The notes beneath the pieces are model-generated. The model had not been told where the DNA came from. It did no database searches and saw only the letters and a list, made by a program, of their open reading frames with translations. Source: an uncultured Bacilli bacterium (GTDB lineage Bacteria; Bacillota_I; Bacilli_A; RF39; UBA660). Taken from it: a stretch of 36,469 bases of DNA. The stretch spans positions 1 through 36,469 of the forward strand of contig CANQDB010000001.1 in NCBI GenBank assembly GCA_947591175.1. The letters run 5' to 3'. A program made the position numbers and the translations under genes. Every line of letters starts with the position of its first letter. The first letter of the stretch is position 1. Below are positions 8,496-15,877 of this stretch, one piece after another.

Positions 8496-8505
8496 GAAAA
8501 CACCC

Positions 8506-9057
8506 CTATTCTGTTATGGTTCGAATATAATATTTATTAATACTATGTAACATTTTTTGATCATTTACCTCTTGAATATTTGCTAAAACATCCTGAATTA
8601 CGTAACACTCGTTTTCAAGTTCTAAAAAGTCATTAGGATAATGTTTCTCAAAGTAACTTAGAACTTTTTGAAAATAATATAAGTCCATTGCTCTAGAGTA
8701 TTCTTTATTTTCAACTAATTGATTAGCTAACTCATCAGTTAAGGCCACATCTTTAATTGCTTGGAGATGCTTACATTGATCCAAATGCCTGTCTAGTAGT
8801 AGTTGAATACATCTTTTCTTTGTAAAGCGAGGTTTATAACTTTTCTTTATTCCTTTTTTATCGTAATTATTTAGTTGCTCTTGTATAAGTGTCAATTTTT
8901 TTAATCTCGTTTCTTTATCTTCGACTAAAAGAATTGATAATACACTGGAAATTGAAAAATTATCACTTGGAACTTGCTCCACTAAATAATCGATAACTGT
9001 ACCAAATGGTACAATTTTTTTAATGATGCTTTCTATTTCTTTTCTTGTTAATGCCAT
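8506..9057 (-). CDS. Hypothetical 183-aa protein wedged between parE and parC
   Basis: Full ORF with an ATG start, 17 nt after the parE stop and 10 nt before the parC start. No family recognised. Confidence 0.6.
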   Translation of the reverse strand: MALTRKEIESIIKKIVPFGTVIDYLVEQVPSDNFSISSVLSILLVEDKETRLKKLTLIQEQLNNYDKKGIKKSYKPRFTKKRCIQLLLDRHLDQCKHLQAIKDVALTDELANQLVENKEYSRAMDLYYFQKVLSYFEKHYPNDFLELENECYVIQDVLANIQEVNDQKMLHSINKYYIRTITE

Positions 9058-9074
9058 ATTTAAAGAGTTCCCTT

Positions 9075-10976
9075 CTATATAATGTAATCAGCTTCAAGTG
9101 AGAATTCGACATTCTCATTGATCCATTCTTTTCTTGGTTCAACCGCATCCCCCATTAAGACGCTTACTCTCTTTTCGGCTAGTAAAGCATCGTTTATATC
9201 GACTTGGATTAAGGTCCTAGTGGCGGGATTCATCGTGGTTTCGGCTAGTTGATCCGCATTCATTTCACCTAATCCTTTGTAACGTTGAACTTCACATTTT
9301 TTAGTGCCGATAATCTCTTTCATTTCTTCGGTTGTATAAGCGTAACGATGTTCTTTACCATCTTTAATCAAATATAATGGTGGCATCGCGATAAAGAGAT
9401 GTCCATGTTCGATTAAAGGCCGCATATAACGATAGAAGAACGTTAAAAGTAAGCACTGGATATGGGCTCCATCGACATCGGCATCGCTCATGATGATAAC
9501 TTTGTTGTACTCCGCTTCATCGATATTAAAGTCTGCTCCAATTCCCGCTCCTATCGTATAAATCATCGTATTGATTTCTTCGTTTTTAAAGATATCTTCA
9601 AGTTTTGCTTTCTCGGTATTGATAACTTTTCCACGTAGTGGAAGTACTGCTTGGAATTTACGATCTCGTCCTTGTTTCGCTGAACCTCCAGCGGAATCTC
9701 CCTCTACTAAAAAGAGTTCTTTTTTAGTTTTATCCTTTGTTTGAGCAGGCGTTAATTTACCAGATAAGGCTCGTTCTTTCGGATTCTTACTCTTGCCTTT
9801 ACGAGCCTCTTCTCTTGCTTTTCTAGCGGCTTCTCTTGCGGCTTTACTCCGTAACGACTTATCGATAATATCTTCGGCAATCTTCTTGTTTTCTTCCAAA
9901 TAGAAAGCAAGTTTTTCCGAAACTACCGCATCGACTGCTGTTCTTGCCTGAGGAGTACCTAATTTTCCTTTAGTCTGGCCTTCGAACTGTAAAATATTTT
10001 CTGGGATCTTCAAACTGATAATCGCTGTCAAACCTTCCCTGACATCGCTTCCTTCGAAAGCCTTTTCTTTGCCTTTGATAATTCCTCTTTCTTTACAATA
10101 GTCGTTAAATACTCTAGTTAAGGCTGTCTTAAACCCAACTTCGTGACTTCCGCCATCGATTGTCTTAACATTATTTACAAACGAAATAATATCTTCGTTA
10201 TAAGTATCTGTGTACTGCATCGCAATATCGACTTCAATTTTATCTTTGACACCTGTAAATAAAAGTGGTTTTTGCAAGGTAACTTTACCTTCGTTTAAGT
10301 ATTCGATATAGGCTTCAAGTCCATTTTCATAACAGTATTTGGCTTCTTTACCATCCTCTTCATCGATAATTTCGATAGTCAAACCTTTAAGTAAGAAGGC
10401 TGACTCTTGCATCCTTTCACATATCGTCGTGAAAGAAAAATTAGTCGACGAAAAAATCGAATCATCCGGTAAGAAACGCACAGTCGTTCCTGTCCGATTA
10501 GTCGTTCCAATTTGTTTTAAAGGAGAAGCAACCTTACCACCATCTTTAAACTTAATTTGATAGATTCCTTTATCTTTATGAATAGTTACTTCCATCCATT
10601 TTGATAACGCATTAACGACACTTCCTCCAACGCCGTGAAGTCCACCTGAAACTTTGTAACCACCACTTTCAAATTTTCCTCCAGCATGTAAAACTGTATA
10701 AATAACTTCTGGAGTACTTCTTCCTGTCGAGTGCATTCCGACTGGAATTCCACGTCCGTGGTCTTCCACTGAAATACTTCCATCTTTATGAATAATTATC
10801 TTGATATAATCGCCATAACCATTGATAACTTCATCGATTGAGTTGTCGACAATTTCCCATACTAAATGATGAAGTCCTCTTTTATCAGTTGAACCGATAT
10901 ACATTCCAGGGCGTTTTCTAACTGCCTCTAATCCTTCTAGAACTTTAATCGAATTCTCATTATATATGGTTGCCAT
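9075..10976 (-). CDS. parE: DNA topoisomerase IV subunit B
   Basis: GHKL N-terminus LEGLEAVRKRPGMYIGST and Toprim EGDSAGGSAKQGRDR. Assigned ParE rather than GyrB by its pairing with a ParC-type A subunit. Confidence 0.85.
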   Translation of the reverse strand: MATIYNENSIKVLEGLEAVRKRPGMYIGSTDKRGLHHLVWEIVDNSIDEVINGYGDYIKIIIHKDGSISVEDHGRGIPVGMHSTGRSTPEVIYTVLHAGGKFESGGYKVSGGLHGVGGSVVNALSKWMEVTIHKDKGIYQIKFKDGGKVASPLKQIGTTNRTGTTVRFLPDDSIFSSTNFSFTTICERMQESAFLLKGLTIEIIDEEDGKEAKYCYENGLEAYIEYLNEGKVTLQKPLLFTGVKDKIEVDIAMQYTDTYNEDIISFVNNVKTIDGGSHEVGFKTALTRVFNDYCKERGIIKGKEKAFEGSDVREGLTAIISLKIPENILQFEGQTKGKLGTPQARTAVDAVVSEKLAFYLEENKKIAEDIIDKSLRSKAAREAARKAREEARKGKSKNPKERALSGKLTPAQTKDKTKKELFLVEGDSAGGSAKQGRDRKFQAVLPLRGKVINTEKAKLEDIFKNEEINTMIYTIGAGIGADFNIDEAEYNKVIIMSDADVDGAHIQCLLLTFFYRYMRPLIEHGHLFIAMPPLYLIKDGKEHRYAYTTEEMKEIIGTKKCEVQRYKGLGEMNADQLAETTMNPATRTLIQVDINDALLAEKRVSVLMGDAVEPRKEWINENVEFSLEADYII

Positions 10977-11061
10977 ACAATCATCTCCTATCTAATTATA
11001 CCAAAGAAAAAAGGCAAAAAAAAGGAATAAGACACCCATTTGACAGTCCAATTCCTAAATT

Positions 11062-12447
11062 TTACTTATTTTTAGCAGCCACTAGTTGGTCAATTAGAGT
11101 TAAAAATTCATCCTGTAAAGTGTGAAGTAATTCTTCACTTTCTGCTTCGAATCTAATCGTCAAATTAGGTCCTGTATTACTAGCTCTAACTAAAACCCAA
11201 CCTTTTTCAAAATCACATCTAACACCATCGATATCATTTAAAGGGTATCCTTTTTCTTGGACATACTTCTTTATTTCATCAACTATTTGAAACTTGATTT
11301 CATCACTTACGGCTTTCTTTATCTCAGGAGTTGCATACATCTTAGGAATTCCCTCTAATAATTCACTCATCGTTTTATCAGTATTAGAAAGTAATTCAAC
11401 TAATCGAAGACCTGCGTAAATTCCTGAATCAAAGCCTGGGAATTTATCTCTAAAGTAGATATGCCCAGATAATTCTCCACCCATAATACAATCCCACTCT
11501 CTAGTATTTCTTTTGGTATATGAGTTACCTGTTTGAGAACAAAGTGGTGTTCCACCTAAACGTTTAATTTCATCAACTAAAGTCTTACTACATTTAATAT
11601 CATATAAAACACGTTTATTAGTACTCTTTGATAATAAATCACGAACCATTACAATCATATATTGATCCATCGAAATAAAGTTACCTTTTTCGTCGATTAC
11701 TCCTAAACGGTCTCCATCACCATCGAAAGCTAATCCCACATCCGCCTTAGTCTCCAAAACTTTTTCTTTTAAAGAAGTTAAATTACTTTCAATCGAAGGA
11801 TCTGGATGATGATTAGGAAAGTTACCATCACTTTCACCAAAAAGGATTTCACAATTAAATGGAAACTGTTCAAAGATTTGTTTTACAAAAAGCGAAGTTG
11901 TTCCATTTCCACAATCTAAAATAACTTTACGGGGCCTTGGCCCTAAAGTAATCGATTCCTTCATCAACTTAAAATATTCTTCATCGATTGAATATGTAGA
12001 AAGAGTTCCAGTTCCTTCATGAAAGTTTTGATTAAGTGTGTATTTAAGAAAATCTTGAATCGTCTTTCCACAAGCATTTCCCGTTTCATCAAAAGCAAAC
12101 TTAAAACCATTTTCATCCTTAGGATTATGACTAGCTGTTACCATTACACCACGTGGAACATTCAATTTAATACAAGCATAATAGTACATCGGTGTCGTCG
12201 TTAATCCTAAATTGATAACATCTACTCCACTATCCAAGATTCCTTTAATCAAAGCACTAGCAAGTTCTTCCGAAGATAAACGGTTATCTCTTGAAACGAC
12301 ACAATTCTTTTGTCCTAAATCAACAAGACGTGAACCAAAACTACGACCTACAGTATAGGCAACATCTTCATTTAAATCTTGAGGATACTTCCCCCTAATA
12401 TCGTACCCTCTAAAAATATAAGGATTAATCTCTTTAGTTAACTTCAT
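11062..12447 (-). CDS. Phosphomannomutase/phosphoglucomutase family protein
   Basis: Active-site TASHNPKDENGFK and metal loop FDGDGDR. The ATG at 12447 is preferred to the GTG at 12453. Confidence 0.85.
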   Translation of the reverse strand: MKLTKEINPYIFRGYDIRGKYPQDLNEDVAYTVGRSFGSRLVDLGQKNCVVSRDNRLSSEELASALIKGILDSGVDVINLGLTTTPMYYYACIKLNVPRGVMVTASHNPKDENGFKFAFDETGNACGKTIQDFLKYTLNQNFHEGTGTLSTYSIDEEYFKLMKESITLGPRPRKVILDCGNGTTSLFVKQIFEQFPFNCEILFGESDGNFPNHHPDPSIESNLTSLKEKVLETKADVGLAFDGDGDRLGVIDEKGNFISMDQYMIVMVRDLLSKSTNKRVLYDIKCSKTLVDEIKRLGGTPLCSQTGNSYTKRNTREWDCIMGGELSGHIYFRDKFPGFDSGIYAGLRLVELLSNTDKTMSELLEGIPKMYATPEIKKAVSDEIKFQIVDEIKKYVQEKGYPLNDIDGVRCDFEKGWVLVRASNTGPNLTIRFEAESEELLHTLQDEFLTLIDQLVAAKNK

Positions 12448-12527
12448 ATTCACACATCCATTCTACCAAAAGTATAGCACGAACCAACAAGTTATAGCAA
12501 AGAAAAAAGTATAGGGTCTTCTCTACT

Positions 12528-13979
12528 TTAGGGTTTGACTTGAACTACAGTTTCCGGATTATTAAGATTCATATCACTTGCATTATCAATAAACCATTGC
12601 TTTGTAGAATCATCTTTAACATAGATTGAGGTTAATTGACGACAATAAGCGAACATACCTGACATATCAGTTACGTTTGAAGTGTCCCACCCACTTAAAT
12701 CTAGAGTGGTTAATTGGATACATCCTTGGAACATACCATTCGTTTCTGAATATTCAGAAATTGACAACGTAACTTTAATAGACATTAATTTCAAACTTGA
12801 TGTATCCCAATTACTTAAGTTTAGTGAATTTAAACTACTACATGAGGCAAACATACCACCAGCATTTTCAATTAAACTTGCATTATAATTTGTAAAATCA
12901 ATTGATTTTAAACTCATGAAATAAGCAAAAGAGGAACTAGAATCAGGATTTCCATAGGTCTCTCCATTTGAAGCTATTACTAAATCATTACATTGTGTAG
13001 GAGTACCTTCTTCAAAAAAAGAATTATTACAAGTTACTCCTTCATCATTAGGAATCATGTAAGCCATAACACTTCCATCCTGTTTCTCAGATATATCCCA
13101 TTGATTATCTTTAGAAACACTTTCTGGAATTTCTATTTCGTTTTCGAAACGAATATTGCTTATAGAAACTATTTTATCCATTGTGTGAAAGTCAGTATTT
13201 GAATACATTTGACTAAGATCACCACTCATTAAACTATCAAAATTATAAGTCCAACTTTGCATTACTCCTACTGGGGTTGGAGAAGGTAGTTCTTCATTTG
13301 AGGCATAGACATTTACTTTAACCGTAAAACTCTTTCCTCCATATATCCATTCTCCTTTACCATTAACACCCTCGGCACTTTCATCTAGCCACATACGATA
13401 TCTAAATACCTTAGAGTATTCTTCATTATTAGTACTTGGTATTGTTTCTTGATATAATGATTTACCTTGTTGTCCTTCTTCCAATACTGGTACATGACTA
13501 TTCCATAAGAATTGATATTGGGTTACTCCATTATCTTTTGTCCATTTATTGTCCCAACTTAGTTTAACTAAAGTTTCAGCACTATTTTCTCCTTTTTTAC
13601 CAGTAGTAGTTAAATACGTATCTACTACTTTCTCTGGTAAAGTAGAGCTTTCATCTTTAGTTAAATAAATCTCATAGTTGATATCTGCTCCTTGAGTTTT
13701 GGCTCTTACTTCGAACTCAAACATTCCAGGTTTTTCTTGAACCATTCCCTTTTCATCACTTACTGGAAAGGCATTACCAATTGTAATTTTATTACTGTCT
13801 TCCACGTCTGGTAACTCATCATAAACAAAATATAAAGATCCTGTTGTTAAAACATGTTCCTCTACTCCTTGTCTAGAATAAGTAAAGAAGGCATAAGTAG
13901 TTCCTACTGTTAAGAGAACTAATCCTAATACTAAAACTAGTATCAATACTTTCTTCTTTTGATTTTTCTTTTCTGGCAT
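12528..13979 (-). CDS. Family paralog B: SipW-type signal + TasA-like N-module + DUF285/BspA-type LRR head (483 aa)
   Basis: Start taken at MPEKKNQKKK (ATG 13979, RBS AAGGAG); the upstream extension to 14027 looks spurious. C-terminal repeats MFASCSSLNSLNLSNWDTS and MFQGCIQLTTLDLSGWDTSNVTDMSGMFAYC. Confidence 0.85.
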   Translation of the reverse strand: MPEKKNQKKKVLILVLVLGLVLLTVGTTYAFFTYSRQGVEEHVLTTGSLYFVYDELPDVEDSNKITIGNAFPVSDEKGMVQEKPGMFEFEVRAKTQGADINYEIYLTKDESSTLPEKVVDTYLTTTGKKGENSAETLVKLSWDNKWTKDNGVTQYQFLWNSHVPVLEEGQQGKSLYQETIPSTNNEEYSKVFRYRMWLDESAEGVNGKGEWIYGGKSFTVKVNVYASNEELPSPTPVGVMQSWTYNFDSLMSGDLSQMYSNTDFHTMDKIVSISNIRFENEIEIPESVSKDNQWDISEKQDGSVMAYMIPNDEGVTCNNSFFEEGTPTQCNDLVIASNGETYGNPDSSSSFAYFMSLKSIDFTNYNASLIENAGGMFASCSSLNSLNLSNWDTSSLKLMSIKVTLSISEYSETNGMFQGCIQLTTLDLSGWDTSNVTDMSGMFAYCRQLTSIYVKDDSTKQWFIDNASDMNLNNPETVVQVKP

Positions 13980-14052
13980 AAATAAAAACACACTCCTTAC
14001 TACTTTAGTTTTTACAAAAGAAACCATTCTATACGCTACCTAGTATATTTTT

Positions 14053-14081
14053 AATATACCCGTTTTACGTGTATAAGTCAA
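14053..14081 (-). promoter_or_regulatory. Promoter P2 copy 3: TTGACT, 17 nt, TATATT
   Basis: Minus strand TTGACT (14076-14081), 17-nt spacer, TATATT (14053-14058), about 70 nt upstream of the ATG at 13979. Confidence 0.5.
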
Positions 14082-14164
14082 TTACACTTCAAAAATTTGA
14101 AACCATAAAAGTTTCACTTTACGTGATGTATATTTCCTTTTGTAAGTCCCTCTAGTATATATTA

Positions 14165-14195
14165 ATTATAAGCCAAACATACCCCCCCCAGTCAA
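14165..14195 (-). promoter_or_regulatory. Promoter P1 copy 3: TTGACT, 19-nt spacer with G8, TATAAT
   Basis: TTGACT (14190-14195), G8 (14182-14189), TATGTTTGGCT, TATAAT (14165-14170). Confidence 0.5.
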
Positions 14196-14202
14196 GAAAA
14201 TT

Positions 14203-14232
14203 CAAAAAAAGACCTGTCAAGTTGACAAGTGC
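14203..14232 (-). terminator. Intrinsic terminator after the 274-aa gene; part of the cassette
   Basis: ACTTGTCAA-C-TTGACAGGT hairpin followed by TTTTTTT on the minus strand. Confidence 0.55.
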
Positions 14233-14249
14233 ATTTTCATTCTAATTTC

Positions 14250-15074
14250 TTATCTATTTGTAGATGGAACTCTTTTTAGTAAAGTAAATGGTGGATATGA
14301 CTCTTCCTTTGGAAATGGATAATATGGAATATCTCGTGGAACTTTATCTACTCCTTTACGTAGAGGAATATTTAAAGAATTCAAATTAATCATAACATCC
14401 ATCGCTTGATCAATTGTATAACCTTCGACTTCCATTAAGAACGATAACCCATTTTTACCATTGATAACATTCTTTTCAGTATCTATCCATAACAACTCAC
14501 AATCAGTCTTCTCTTTTACTTTAGGACTAGCCACCATAAAATAAGTAGCAAACTCGTTGTCGTAACGAACTTCCACTGAAGTATTTGGTGAGACATAAAA
14601 TGGAGCCAGTGCCAGTAAAGATGACTCTTGTAAGACCTTTCTTCTTTCTTCAAAAGAATACTTGTCATCTCTTAAACGAGTCGTAAGTAAATCCTCAACA
14701 AATGGTTCTAACTCTTTATTTCTTATTTCACCTAAATGAATATATGGTCTAAATGAGGAATCCTCTTTCTTTAACTCATCAATTACTAAATTATAATAAC
14801 GACAGGCTTCTATAAAAAGAGGTACTTGAACTATTTCATCACAAGTCTCTTCTAGACAAGTATACTCGGCAAGTAGAATTTCTCTTAAAGCATTGTTTTG
14901 ATAAGGTCCGTTAGTTAAAAGAGCCCTTCTTACATTTTCCTTTTCAGCTAGTGGTACTCTTCCTTCTAACTTCCTATACAAGTTTCTTGCTCGGTACTCG
15001 GTAAGTGTTCTTCCTTTCTTATAAAGTCTACTTCCATTTTGATGATAAAATTCTTGGATTTCTTTTCTTTCCAT
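14250..15074 (-). CDS. Hypothetical protein (274 aa)
   Basis: Long ORF. The ATG at 15074 has AAAGGAG 8 nt upstream. No family recognised. Confidence 0.6.
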   Translation of the reverse strand: MERKEIQEFYHQNGSRLYKKGRTLTEYRARNLYRKLEGRVPLAEKENVRRALLTNGPYQNNALREILLAEYTCLEETCDEIVQVPLFIEACRYYNLVIDELKKEDSSFRPYIHLGEIRNKELEPFVEDLLTTRLRDDKYSFEERRKVLQESSLLALAPFYVSPNTSVEVRYDNEFATYFMVASPKVKEKTDCELLWIDTEKNVINGKNGLSFLMEVEGYTIDQAMDVMINLNSLNIPLRKGVDKVPRDIPYYPFPKEESYPPFTLLKRVPSTNR

Positions 15075-15125
15075 TTTCTTCACTCCTTTTCCAAAAAAAA
15101 GGAAAAATAGCGGTAATTAGAACAA

Positions 15126-15344
15126 TTACTGATATTTTTCCATTGTCTTCATCATTTGATTTATTTGTTTTTGTGATGGCTTTCTTCCCATTTGCATCAT
15201 AAGAGCTTTAATCATTTCTTCATTAATTGGTGGATTCTTCTTTAAATAACGTTTCATTAGATAACGAGCAACGAAGAAACCGATAACAAGACCAATAACT
15301 AGACCTAGAAGTAAATATAAGATATCGTTAAGACTAGCACTCAT
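15126..15344 (-). CDS. yneF: UPF0154/YneF family small membrane protein
   Basis: One TM helix followed by [34 protein letters not shown], the family signature. Confidence 0.85.
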   Translation of the reverse strand: MSASLNDILYLLLGLVIGLVIGFFVARYLMKRYLKKNPPINEEMIKALMMQMGRKPSQKQINQMMKTMEKYQ

Positions 15345-15379
15345 GGTATCATCTCCTTACTAACATTCTACTATTTCTT

Positions 15380-15811
15380 TTAATTAATCGCAAGACTTTT
15401 TAACTGATTTAACCAAAAATAATCATTTGAAGAAAAGTCACAGACAAAATAATTATGATTTTTTTCTAATAAATATGGAAAGAACGAAGAAACATTTTGA
15501 TTAGACGTAATTAAAATATGACTGTTTTTAACCACTAAGATACTTACTTCGTCGCGATATAAATCGTTCATAATATGCTGTTGTCCACTTTTCGAATAAG
15601 GCATCTTTTTATGTAGTTCTATAAAAAGTCTCTTATCTAAAGAAGATTTACCAATTCGTTCCGTCAGCTGATTAAAAAGATTGAAAGCATAATCGATATC
15701 TCCTTCATGCATATAGTAAAGTTGTTTCATTATTTGAAAGAGTAATTCTGGTTGATCCTTATAAAGAGAAGCAAACTCTTCTTTCATTGAAAATATATAA
15801 TATACACGCAC
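15380..15811 (-). CDS. SirA/YneE-like protein (DUF2522, sporulation inhibitor of replication family)
   Basis: N-terminus YYIFSMKEEFASLY and C-terminus FVCDFSSNDYFWLNQLK resemble B. subtilis SirA as I recall it. The tkt-sirA-yneF neighbourhood matches B. subtilis. GTG start. Confidence 0.5.
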   Translation of the reverse strand: MRVYYIFSMKEEFASLYKDQPELLFQIMKQLYYMHEGDIDYAFNLFNQLTERIGKSSLDKRLFIELHKKMPYSKSGQQHIMNDLYRDEVSILVVKNSHILITSNQNVSSFFPYLLEKNHNYFVCDFSSNDYFWLNQLKSLAIN

Positions 15812-15877
15812 TATCCATCACCAAAAACAATATAGCAAGTTGGAATGCCATTTTTTGTCAAAAAAAGGAAACTCTAG

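Larger units (their letters stand above)
14053..14232 (-). repeat. Cassette copy 3, long form: terminator, P1 with G8, conserved dyad-rich segment, P2
   Basis: 14069-14195 aligns at about 90% by eye with 35118-35244 and with 1-100. Confidence 0.85.

Noticed and set aside
5964-10976. GyrB/GyrA identity for the type II topoisomerase pair
   Set aside because: The A subunit has the ParC-type N-terminus (FG.YSKYIIQ.RA.PD.RDGLKPVQRRILY) and lacks a GyrA-box in the C-terminal domain, so the pair is called ParE/ParC.
12528-14027. Longer 499-aa version of paralog B starting at 14027
   Set aside because: The extra 16 codons (MVSFVKTKVVRSVFLF) have no RBS and overlap the leader. The ATG at 13979 has AAGGAG upstream and aligns with the start of paralog A.
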